Source: Trichinella spiralis (lineage: Eukaryota). From it: 64,000 nucleotides of DNA. Numbering within the stretch: the first letter of the stretch is position 1; each line of letters begins with the position of its first letter. The stretch is from NCBI RefSeq assembly GCF_000181795.1, contig NW_003526943.1, forward strand, positions 6,602,122 to 6,666,121, in the 5' to 3' direction. The notes under the pieces are model-generated. The model saw nothing but the letters and a program-made list of their open reading frames with translations, ran no database searches and had not been told where the DNA came from. The translations under genes were made by a program, and so were the position numbers. Positions 46,412 through 57,679 of this stretch are shown in pieces.

Positions 46412-47553
46412 TTATGACGGATCGTCTTCGAATTCTTCGAGAAGCAATTCATCGTCATTTTTCATTTCCGCTGCGGATGTTTCATTGGAAAACAGTTTTG
46501 CAAAGCCTTCGTGTAATTTTTTCGCTTTACGCCGTCCCATTCCTGGACACAAAGAGAGTTCTTCTTCAGTAGCTTCGGCTATTTTTCTCAAACTTCCGAA
46601 CATGTCAATTAGCGAGTCCGCATCGGTTTTCGTAATTGGCTAAATGTAAAAAAAAATTTGCACCCAACTTTTTGCCCAATACAAAACGAAAAAAAAAATT
46701 ACATTACACGGACAAAAAGTTTCAAAGCATGTCACTGATCAAATATTCGAAATTAACCAATTCTGAAATAATACAAACCTTTATACATGTAAGAAGCTCG
46801 GCGAGACGACTCCTTGAATCCGTTGCTGCTGATTTTGTCATCAAAAATTCTGCAGGCTTATTTTCGTAAATTTTATATGACTCGATATATTCGCCAACTT
46901 CTTCAGGACTCCATGTAAGTATCAAAGTCCACTCGGCGTGATAGCATACGGAATTCAATTCTCGTAACGTGTTTTCCGGTTCCATAACGTCCACCAGAAC
47001 GAACAGCACTTGAACGGCATATTTGTGACCAACTTCTTTCATGCGTTGATGAATGTAAGTGGGATGTACTTTGTGAAATTTCAAACTGAGAAACAACGCA
47101 CAACAGCACTGACCAAGTACAAAGTCCGCTTTCGTTTCGCCAAATTCCCAGACAACATTGCGAACGTAACGAAGTACAGAATTGCCTTTCTGCCGATGGT
47201 TAACTATCACGGACCAGGTCGAAGATTTGCTCGGATGAGACTTCGAAGAAGAAGCAGAATCAGCTTCTACTGGTGCCTTTTCCAATTTCTCAGTTGACTG
47301 TTTTCCAATATCCTCATTCAAAAACTGCTCCGATGAAAGCGAACCAATTTTGCTTTTTTCGGCTTCACTTGATGATATATCCTAAAAAAATAAAAATAAA
47401 TACCAACGTTCGTGCTGCTGCTGGATTTACTTGCTGTTTTTCCAATTTGGAAACTTTCTTCAATTTTGGAAATAACAATCCTTCCTGCTGTTCATCGTCA
47501 CTGTCTCGCAATTTATCCAAAGATGGTATTTTAAACTCTTCACTATGAGACAT
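46412..47553 (-). CDS. ERCC1: DNA excision repair protein ERCC1, 3 exons
   Basis: Exons 47553-47431, 47381-46779, 46639-46412. VNHRQKGNSVLRYVRNVVWEF, DFVLG..CALFLSLKFH..HPTYIHQR, TLILTWSPEEVGEYIESYKIYENKP; HhH2 ITKTDA..FGSL..LSLCPGMG. Confidence 0.95.
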
Positions 47554-47905
47554 GTCAACTGTAAAACTGCATGAATCAAAAAAATTAATGTAATTTTAAA
47601 AATATGTTTCACATTAAGTCACAATTTTATCCGCTATTATTCAACCTCTCATGCTGCATCACTTGAACAATCATTACAAATAAATTTGTAATTGTATGGT
47701 TTTCAGGTACAAATATACAAAATATTATTTTTATTGTTATCCAATTCATTAAAAATTAATTCTAATTAATTATATTATTACATTATTGATAAAAGTTTTT
47801 GAATTTTTTGGTAAATGTTGGTAAAAGAATGTTTCGAATAAAATGCAAGTTACCGTATGATTTGAAATATACCGTATTTTGTTTTTGAAATCGTTGAAGT
47901 CGACA
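47554..47905. promoter_or_regulatory. Probable bidirectional promoter between ERCC1 and RECQL
   Basis: Only 352 bp of AT-rich DNA separates the two divergent start codons; no specific motif identified. Confidence 0.5.
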
Positions 47906-50296
47906 ATGACTTCTTCTGACAAAGCTATCCAAGAAAGGATATTGAAAATTCAAGATGAATTAAACAGCATTAATGAAAAAATTTCCGATCTGAAACGTCA
48001 AGCTAGGGAATTGCAAGCGGAAAAAGAACTGCTTCAGGAACGGCTGGATCGTCGAGTTCAACAAGCTAACAGTGTGGAATCGTTGACTTCTTGGGAGACA
48101 GAATTTTTTTCTTGGTCATCAGAATTGAGTGAAAAATTGAAGTCCATTTTCGGCATGAATTCATTTCGACCACTGCAACTGTCTGCAATGAATGCTATTT
48201 TGTCAGGTCGTGATGTTCTGCTGACAATGTCTACTGGCGGTGGAAAAAGCTTGACCTATCAGCTTCCTGCGGTTCTTGGAAATGCGTCTCAATTTACGCT
48301 TGTCATTAGCCCGCTTGTATCTTTAATGGAAGATCAAGTGATAAGTTTGAATACTCGTGGCATTGAAGTAAGAAAGATTTGCATTGCTTTTACTTGTTTT
48401 CCTGTGCTTTTGTCACTAGTTTGTTTATTTTTTTTACAAAATTGATTTGTTGAGTAGCGAAATGTTGCGCAGTTTTCTTCTTCTGAAAAATCTTTTGTCA
48501 TATTTATCTGTATTTTAAGTGAAAATTTCAATATGATAAATATGAAATTAAAAAATGATTCTTCTCCAACTGCACAACTAGATTTGCAATACGACAAGAA
48601 TTAATTGATTGAATTTGATTATTTTGGGAATAAAAAATTGAATTGTGAAATTTTCAGGCAGTTCTGCTTTATCAGCATACTCCGCCGGAAGAGATGAAAC
48701 GCATATTAGCAGAAATGAATTCACCCGGTTGTAAATTTCGCCTGTTATACGTGACGCCGGAACGATTGGCCAAAAGTAAGCGTTTCATGGCGAAGTTGGA
48801 AAAAGCATATCAAGCTGGCTTGTTGAAGCTAATTGCCATCGATGAAGTGCACTGTTGCTCGCAGTGGGGTCACGACTTTCGACCAGATTATAAATTTTTG
48901 GGTGTTCTGCGCCGACAATTTCCCGACACTCCAATTTTAGGCTTGACAGCGACGGCTACGGTTGCCGTGCTGCAGGATATTAAGGAAATTTTGAATATAC
49001 CAATGGCGTTGGAATTCAGAGCCAGCTTCAATCGCCCAAATCTGTTTTACCAGGTTCAGCAAAAGCCGGATCGACCGGAAGAGTTGTTGCAGATTGTTTG
49101 TAAATTGTTGAAGGGTCAATTCTCTGGTCAGTCGGGAATTATTTACTGCTTTTCAAAGAAAGACTCTGAGACTTTTGCCCAAAACCTGAGGTAATTGGAT
49201 ATTTTTTTCATTTTATTAAAAATTCAAAAGAGGTTTCTGCTTTGTGAAAGAAATAAATCAGTTGATTTGAATATGATTTAAAAATTTATTTTATTGACAT
49301 ATTACATTTTCTCAAATGTGCAATTTTGAAAATTTGAAATTTTTGCGTAGATTTGATTGATGAGTAAAAAAGAAAAACGTTATAAATTTCTCAAATTAAT
49401 ATTATTATATTCGGCATGGTAAATTTAAATATTTTGTTCATCTTTTGTAATTCTTTTCTTATTTTTTTGGCAGAACAAATGGTGTTAAAGCTGAACACTA
49501 CCACGCCGACATGGATCCAAATGAAAGGGGAATGGTACACCGGAAGTGGCTTTCCAACAAATGTCAAGTAATCGTGGCAACGGTCGCATTTGGAATGGGC
49601 ATAGACAAAGCCGACGTGCGCGTTGTCATTCATCTGGCGTTACCGAAGTCAGTGGAGAATTATTACCAAGAAAGTGGACGTGCTGGGCGTGACGGTCAGC
49701 CGGCTTCATGTTTGCTGTATTTCGGTTTTGCAGATCTGTTTCGTCTGAGCGTGACTGTCTGCAATGAAAGGAATGGTCTGGAAAATTTGTACAAAATGCT
49801 CGCTTACTGTACAGGTTTAGCCAGTTGTCGGAGGCGCTATTTTGCCGACCACTTCGACGAGCAGTGGAAACCGACCTGGTGCCAGTCGGCTTGTGACAAT
49901 TGCCAACGACCACCCGGCTCGGTGCATCAGCAGGACGTGGTTCAGCAGTGCAAAATGGCGCTGGCAATCCTCGGTGCCAGTGGAGAGCGGAAATTTACCG
50001 CGTTGAAATTGATCGACACTTTATGCAAAAGCGAACACAGCTTGAAAGTGGACCAATGCAAACCAATGCTGGAGCTGATCCTGGTGCACATGCTTCTCGA
50101 AGGCTATTTGAAAGAGATGTTCCACTTCACCCCGTACAATATTATTAGTTATGTGGTTCCTGGCTTGCGCGATTTAGGCGATGACGAACCTGTTATTGTA
50201 CACTTTCCGGAAGAAATTTGTAAACAAAAAGCCACAAGCACTGCATCATCTCGTAAAAGGAAATCAGCAGATACTTCTCCATTATATATTTCCTAG
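47906..50296 (+). CDS. RECQL: RecQ helicase RECQ1, 3 exons
   Basis: Exons 47906-48367, 48658-49190, 49474-50296. N-terminal coiled coil, FRPLQ, STGGGKSLTYQLP, YVTPERLAKSKRFMAKLEKAY (RECQ1-like), DEVHCCSQWGHDFRPDY, QESGRAGRDG, Zn site CRR..CDNC, YLKEMFHFTPYNIISY; no HRDC domain. Confidence 0.95.
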
Positions 50297-50954
50297 ACAA
50301 ATTTGCATATCGTTGTAATTTGCAAAATGTTCGACTGCAAAAAGTAGCCGTTGTTATTTGTTCTTCGTTACTGAAGTAAATAATAATTCAACTTTGGCTT
50401 CTTGGACTGATTTTAACTACTGTCTGAAATATTCCATTGTTTTCATACACTGATTAGGTTGAAGCGTTCAATGCTTGATCCACTCACACCAGCATGCATT
50501 CTCATTGGCTTGTAGCAAGTAGTATGATATTTTCGTCAAACTTTAAATTAGAATTTGAAAATTGATAACTTTCTTTTTCTCAAATTATAACCAAATGTAA
50601 TTTTGACATCATATCCACTGCACTGTATTATTAAATAAAATTCATCGAATGTCTTGCAACATGAATCACGAATTATTATTATTCATCGTATTGTTTGACA
50701 TTATGAAAATTGCATTTTTGAGAACATTATTTTAATCTAGTACAAACAACTTTGGCTGTAAAATTTAATCTTTACAAACAATTTCCAACAACATAACCAA
50801 AAATCTATGTAAAACAATGAGATTAACCATGCAGGTGGAAAAAGAAGGCGCATCCTCAAGCAGCACGTACAATCAATCAGTACGTGAGATGCATTTCAAA
50901 GCCTAGGAGGAAAAAAAACTATTCATCTTTCAAAAATTCGGCAATGTAATCTGT

Positions 50955-52470
50955 ACTTATAAGTTGGCGCTTTAATGATAATAAAATAATTCTGAAATTC
51001 ATAAAACAAGAGTATATTAAAACCTGAATAAAATGCTCAATCATTGCATCAAGCAAACCATGCAACGAATTGAGCATGTTGCGCAGTTAGCGGATTTGTT
51101 TCATATTTTTCATCTTTAACGGATGTTATTCATATAAATAAATAACAATTAACGTTTTGTTCAAAACATGATTTTTGTGCTTCGATAACCAAAGCAAACA
51201 ATGAGTTTGCAGTTATTTCCGGATGTTATTACTAAACGTTAACTGCTGAAGAAGCAATTTAAAATAATCATTCACTTGTCAACATTGGAACATTTCTCTT
51301 ATATATTTGTAAAAGAACATTAGCCATGGGTACAGATACGGCCGAATGCACGTCATCTGATACCGGTTGAATTAGTAACATGAGCACCGACGTGAAGTGT
51401 TCGTTCCAGAGTTTCTATTGTGCCCAAAGAGTATGGGTGCAATAACATCCCTACATCGGGATGTAAAACCCGGAAACAACATCTTTTTGATTTCACAAAG
51501 CTCCCAACGTGTTTTATGCTTGTAAATTGGCTCTTTGAAGAACATAAAATAATTTTGAAGTCCACGAAACAAATTGTAATTTTAAACTTGAATAAAATGC
51601 ATAAGCAATAATGCACCAAGCATACAATGCAACAAATTGAACAAGTTGCGCAATTAACGCGGACTGTTTTTATATTTTTATCTTTAACAGATATGATTAA
51701 TAAATAATTAATAATATGGAAGTAACTGAAAATAATTATCGACTTGTCAACATTGGAACCTTTCATTTATGTATTTGTAAAGAATATTAGCCGTGGGTAC
51801 AGATACGGCCGAATGCACGTCATCTGATACCGGTTGAATTAGTAATATGAGCACCGACGTGAAGTGTTCGAACCAGACTTTGTATTGTATCCAAATAGTG
51901 TGGGTATAATCAGTTTCTACACGGAGATGTTAAACAAGAAACATCACATCTTTTCGCTTTTACGATTCTTGCAATGTGTTTTATGCTTATAAATTGGCTC
52001 ATTGAAAAGCATAAAATAATTTTGAAGTACACGAAACAATTAATAAGTAATTTTAAACATGTATAAAATGCACAAGCAATAATGCACCAAGCATACAATG
52101 CAACAAATTGAACAAGTTGCGCAGGTAACGCAGATTGCTTTTATGTTTTTTTATCTTTAACAGATATGATTAATATAATTAAATTACCCTTTTTTACTTA
52201 TGCTAGAAAACTAAAAGAAAATTTGGTTTATTGTTGCAAACATGATTTTTTCTTTCGATAATCAAAGATAAGGTATCAGTATGCTGCACATTCCGAATGT
52301 TATTAGTAAATGGATTGCTACAAAACAAGAAACTAAAAGTAACTGGTCACTTGTTAGTGTTCTGTTGCCACCCTTCTATATTTTTAAATTATATGAACTA
52401 TTGATACAGATTCATCTGATACCTGCTGAATTAGTAATATAAGCACAGATTCTGAGTATTTGTATCGCAA
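50955..52470. repeat. Repeat cluster 1: units A, B (467-bp period) and degenerate C
   Basis: GGGTACAGATACGGCCGAATGCACGTCATCTGATACCGGTTGAATTAGTAA at about 51328 and 51795; collapsed version near 52400. Flanks match 58045-59360. Confidence 0.92.
51321..51488 (+). ncRNA. Candidate structured ncRNA, unit A (family not recognised)
   Basis: Four consecutive hairpins followed by TTTTT; pairing is preserved across diverged copies. Transcription is inferred only. Confidence 0.35.
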
Positions 52471-52607
52471 TGTAAACTGCAATTAACAAGTGACGTATGC
52501 ACAGGAGTGGTGCAGTACTCTCAAGAAAAACATTTAAACCGTACAGGGAGCACGCGACTTTACTGATCCATCAGTGTGCCGTTCCCACTTCTATTTCAAC
52601 TGAAAAC

Positions 52608-52965
52608 TGCAGCTTCGGATAATTTGTCAATTGTCTATTTTCCATATATACTAAAATCGCCTTAACCAACTCATCCGTTACGACAAACGAGATCAACTTC
52701 CTACAAACGCACCATATGCAAAAAGCATTTGAAATTGCAAGTAAAGAAGTAATTTATCTGTCGAGAAAAACAACTGTTGCTTGACATCCTTTTGAACATT
52801 GTTTATGCACTGTGGTAGATAAAAGTCGAAAGCCCTTTTATTATGCCGTTAAAGCTTTTTCATATCACGAAGGAGTCGAAATGACATTCTTTGAAATTGT
52901 CGGCATTGGTACGCCATTTCCGCAATTGCTGTTAGCATCAGCAAAGGGTAATTGGCGCTACAAAT
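52608..52965. repeat. Dispersed direct repeat, copy 1 (partner at about 57229-57650)
   Basis: GGATAATTTGTCAATTGTCT..TATACTAAAATCGCCTTAA..ATCCGTTACGACAAACG..GTCGAAATGACAT shared with 57229-57650. Confidence 0.85.
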
Positions 52966-53639
52966 ATCACAAACAAATAGATAAGACGAAAAATAAAATT
53001 GAAATTAATTTAAAGAGGAAATCAAGTTTATTAATTCTATTTTTCCTTGCTTCTCTTAGTTATGTTAACTTTGCTTCCTTTTCTTTCTGTTGTTCTCAAT
53101 GTTCAAGACAAATGATGATGCAATTCAATTTGTATCCAATCAAAAAAACCAACAAAAGTTAATATATCGAGGCAGATGCTTTACGTTGAAGCGTACAAAG
53201 TGAAACGATAAAAACTGCATGTGTGCCAACGTAAAAGAGAAATAGCTCGCACCTTCTTATTGTTATATCACAAGCTAGCATTTTCGGTTTCAGTTTAGAA
53301 ATCCATCGGCTGCTATGCAACAATCTCCACCAATTGGGAAGTGATACAAGTCATCCGTAGCGGTGAACATGTGGAAAGCTGCACAGAAAATAAACACGCT
53401 TTATACAAATTATAGAAGCCGGACAAACTCAAATAGTGGGCCTTCGTTAGATCCAAGGTTAGTGCCAGGTGCAATTAGTGTAGCAATAATTAGCTAGAAA
53501 GCAGTGTCTCCACCAGCTTGAAAACAGCCGATCAGTTTCTAGCGTGGGGCCAGGTCCAGGATACGATATACATTAGCCCAGCCAGAGATCAATGCTGAAC
53601 AAACGATGACCAAATCCAGTCAGCAACTTTTAATATATT

Positions 53640-53890
53640 ATCCGCCAACCAATTATATATTAAACTTTGCGAACAAGACTTTGGCAAATCGCCTGGCTTG
53701 GAACGTTAAAAAACGAATTACATTCACAATCAGAAAAATTAATGAAAATTTTGAAATGCTAATGGCATTAGCATTTCTGCTAGTGCACCTTGTATCCGCG
53801 GGTTTCGAAATCTTAAATGTTGGGGCGTCGGTTCAAATTGAAACCTTGTTCGAGTACCTTCAGCAGGAATGGGCTATGAATGTTAAAACA
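53640..53890 (+). mobile_element. MULE (Mutator-like) transposase remnant
   Basis: MLMALAFLLVHLVSAGFEILNVGASVQIETLFEYLQQEW resembles the post-DDE 'LMALAFLP...F.YF...W' segment of FLYWCH-MULE transposases. Confidence 0.7.
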
Positions 53891-55329
53891 TCATAAATTG
53901 TGATAAAAATGAACAAAAATTTGAAAATATTAAAAATTCCACTATTAAAGTTAGAAAAATTGTAAAAAGAAATATTTGAACCAATAAAACGCAAAATATT
54001 GAAGCTAATCAAAATGGAAAAGATTGAATCAATGAGCAATTAGACAAAAAAAACCAACAAGGCAACGCCACAAGCGTCGAATAACAATGCTTTCAATGAT
54101 CAGTAAGAAAACGCGATAAAAATTTGTTCCTCAGCTAGATTATGCATGAAAATTTTTATAAAATTGCTTTGTAAGAAATGAATGCAAAATTCACATCCAT
54201 GCAGCTATTACTTTACATGTATTAACTGTGGAAAACAAACAACCAACATAAAAGTAGCTCTGATGATAATACTGTTTTCTGTTACATTACCGATACACAT
54301 ACAAAAAGCTCAGATTATAATATAAACTTTGCTTATACAGTACAATACAATACAATACAATACAAAAAAATTAGCAGCCAAAATTTTTCATAAAATCACA
54401 ACTTTTTCTCTAGCAACAACTTTTTTTATCATTTGTTAAGATATCATTTTTGGACTTTTCATTAGTAGTACTGCTTTTTTTTATGCATACACAATTCTTT
54501 TTGTTTTTATTCTTCAGTAACAATTTCAGGAAATTAAATACACTTAAATTTCATCGAAGGAAACAATTTATTTATGTTCAAGATGTGTTTCTAAGACAAC
54601 TGCTATGTTTACTTTATGACTTTGCCCAACGCCCTTCGTAATTACAAAAATTAAAAATTATTCAAGTATTTTTCTCACTAAAAACCATGTAAAATGTTTT
54701 GATTGAAAGCAAAAAAGAATTTTTACTATGTAATGTAGCACTTGTTAAAATATGGAAAGTATTTAGCTTTCTTTAATACTAATCATTCCTAGTGTCAGTT
54801 CAACAACTGCTGTTTTGGAGAAATTGGCAGTTGTGAATTTTATCTTTCTATTAAAATCATCATTTGCTTAGCAACAGCACATGATAAATATTGCAACCGT
54901 TAAATTGTTACTTTTTGAAGTGTTATCCAATGACAGAGAAGTTGAAAACTTTTTATTTCAAAAGCAACGATTGCAACGATGCAAAGCAAAATGAAATTTC
55001 TCATGCTTGACCAGCAGATGCAACAATATTATAAATTATACGCAAAATTGTAACAATAAGAAAATTTTGCTATTAAGCTTGAAATTTTAAAATGCCAGTT
55101 GCTTTCACTTCGCAATTCTGTTGACTGAAACGGTTATTTGGAAACAGTCATCAATCAAACTTCAATGGAACAGTTGTGTTCTAACATCCAGTAAAGCTGT
55201 TTGTTTTCTGAAGATGAAAGTGAAGCTTTCTTCATTTTACCACATTTTCATTTTCTGTGCTTGACTTCTTGCTTTGATTCTTCTCATCTACTATCTTATG
55301 GTAGACTATTAGCTGCCGTTTGATTTTAA

Positions 55330-55780
55330 ATGCTCGAAACAACTATAATTTAATATATGAAGGAAGAGTTTACCAGCTGAAGCACACAAATTTTGAAGAT
55401 AAACAATGGGTTTACGAAGGCGTAAATAATGTTTTATTAAATTATAAATATGCATGATTATGAACAATCATTGACGTTCTTTTTGTAGGTAAAAAGAAGA
55501 TTCAGGAGTGTAATGCACACGAACTCAAATGTGAATGCTGTGTTGAAATTCGCTCCTCATGCTCATAATTGTACCCCATACAGCAATATTTTACATAAAA
55601 TTGAAAAATGTAATCTTAAACGCGAAGCAGCTGAATAAGAAAAGCTTGTTCTACAGATTTATACCGGCAGCATATCTGCAAATTTGGAAACTACCAGTCG
55701 GTTTTCAATATACAGAAAAGTGAATGCTCTAACGAACAGAAGCCAGGCAAAAAGATTTCCTCTGCTGTCAGCAAATGAAC
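55330..55780 (+). mobile_element. FLYWCH-MULE transposase N-terminal remnant
   Basis: YEGRVYQLKHTNFEDKQWV (FLYWCH-like start) and LKREAAE*EKLVLQIY..SANLET..F..YRKV..RSQAKRFP, with stops and frameshifts. Confidence 0.65.
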
Positions 55781-56359
55781 ATTTTTCCAGTCAGCTAAAA
55801 GGCAAAGCCTAAGTGACTGCTTTCGTGGTGCAATGTATATGATCATATTTTAATATTCTGTGTTGAAGAAAATTTGAGTTCTATTTGAGCATTCTGTCTG
55901 GAGGAGTATTGATACCAGGTTTAAAATTACTCCTGAATGGTACCAGCAGATGTTCACCATTCATGTTTTTCTAGAGTGTAAATTAATTTCGCTTGTATAA
56001 TGTTATACTGTTGGAAAAGATGTTGGAATACTATATTGTAAAATTTTGAATAAATGAATGTTAAAGGCGGCATAGTTACATGTTGTCTGTCCTTCAACTA
56101 CTTAAACGATAATTTGTGACTTATCAAACCAACAACGGAAAAAAATTGCGCAAGCTAGTTAAGTTGTTAAACGCCGAAAATAGAAATAAGAAAAAATTGA
56201 ATTTTTTTACAAATTGAATTTCTTATCTCACTGCATTACTGAACAAAAAATATCAAACGCACACAAAAAATAGTTAATCTGTGCAAAAGCATCTTCAATT
56301 TGTGCCTTTGTCGAGTCAGTACATAGAGCATTGCTTCTAAAGAGGAGTAATTTTTACAG

Positions 56360-56560
56360 ACCGTAAAGACAGTCCCAAGATTTGACTGATATCTTCACAC
56401 ACCAGGATACCAGCCAATTCTATATTGCAGCAATGTTCTCCAGATTTATCACTGCCCCTTCATAGTCACCACTTGTCTGAGATACTTCACACTACCCCGC
56501 CAAAGTTGGCGTTTCAGTCCTTACGAGCACTACAGTGTCAAGCTGAAGCTGAATATGCAA
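56360..56560 (-). mobile_element. Ty3/gypsy RT thumb remnant
   Basis: Minus strand reads, with frameshifts, QLWRGSVKYLRQVVT..ENIAAI*NWLVSWCVK..QILGL, a decayed KCxLFxxxVKYLGHVV..PEKVxAVxxWPxPxxVKEVRQFLGL. Confidence 0.6.
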
Positions 56561-57228
56561 ATGGCCTGGAATTTCTGCAACGCTGTCTCAAAGTATGTCA
56601 CCGTCTTTGTCAGGCAGTGAACCCCAGCTAGTGCGCAATTATTGAGCATGCAGAATAATGAGAATGAAAGCCAGAGCGACAGATAAAAGACTAATTTATG
56701 CTGAAGACTTGAGGATAATTAGCAATGACCATATTTTGGGAGAACACATGCGGTGAGTATTGGGGCACAACTTTATGGAGGAAACTTCAACAGTAAACCA
56801 ACTTTTGTTGGCTTTCTATTGTTAAGAAAAATAATTTTAAAATACAATAGATCAGCAAATTTATAAGCGCCGATTTTTAATCTAAATGTTCCACATTTCC
56901 TTATCATTGAAATACAAATATTGCAACTGCAGTGTTCCATCAACCCAGTGTCCGTTTACTTTGGAAATTGAGAAAAAGTTTTGCACAATTCGTAAAACTA
57001 GATAAACAAATGTTTCTTTATTTATAAATAAAATTGCACATTTTTATTTATATATTTAAATAAAGCCAAGAATAGAACGCAAAAAACACTAGTCAAAAAA
57101 CTTCGTAAAGATGAAAAAAATCGATTTCAAGCAGAATGATTGTATAGAACGGTCACGCACGCTAAAATTAGAAAAGTATTTCGATGCTAACATTTATTAG
57201 TTGCCACATCTGCTTTTAGCTGACAACA

Positions 57229-57650
57229 GCAGCTGCGGATAATTTGTCAATTGTCTGTTTCCGTTTATACTAAAATCGCCTTAATCCACTGATCCGTTAC
57301 GACAAACGTGAACAATTTCCTACAAACGGAAACGCACCATATGCACATAACATTTGAAATTGTAAGTAAACAAGTAATTTATTTGATGAGAGGAACAACT
57401 GTTTGGTTGACATCATTTTAAATATTATTTATGCAGTCGGGTAGAAAAATGTAAATTTCTTTGAAGATGCCAACGGAAAGGACGCTATGCTTGCACCAAA
57501 CAGAAAAACTGTTAAAGCTTCTTCATTTCACAAGGCAGTCGAAATGACATCCTTGGAAATCCACAGCATTGGTGCGCCAATTGTGTACAATCCACTTCCG
57601 TCTGTCCACATGTGTACAATGTTCCGCATGAAGAAAAGATAATTGGCGTA
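57229..57650. repeat. Dispersed direct repeat, copy 2
   Basis: Homologous to 52608-52965, with indels. Confidence 0.85.
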
Positions 57651-57679
57651 ACAACCAATATTGCATATCAATTAAACGA

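Noticed and set aside
51336..51400. 5S rRNA, tRNA or snRNA identity for the hairpin unit (TACGGCC, TCTGAT, TTAGTA words)
   Set aside because: Only short scattered words match; no 5S box A or helix I, no consistent cloverleaf, no U1/U2/U4/U5/U6 signature or clear Sm site.
51400..51480. Hammerhead ribozyme on the minus strand (two hairpins then GAAAC)
   Set aside because: The three-way topology is suggestive but the CUGANGA core is absent, and G-U pairs favour the plus strand.
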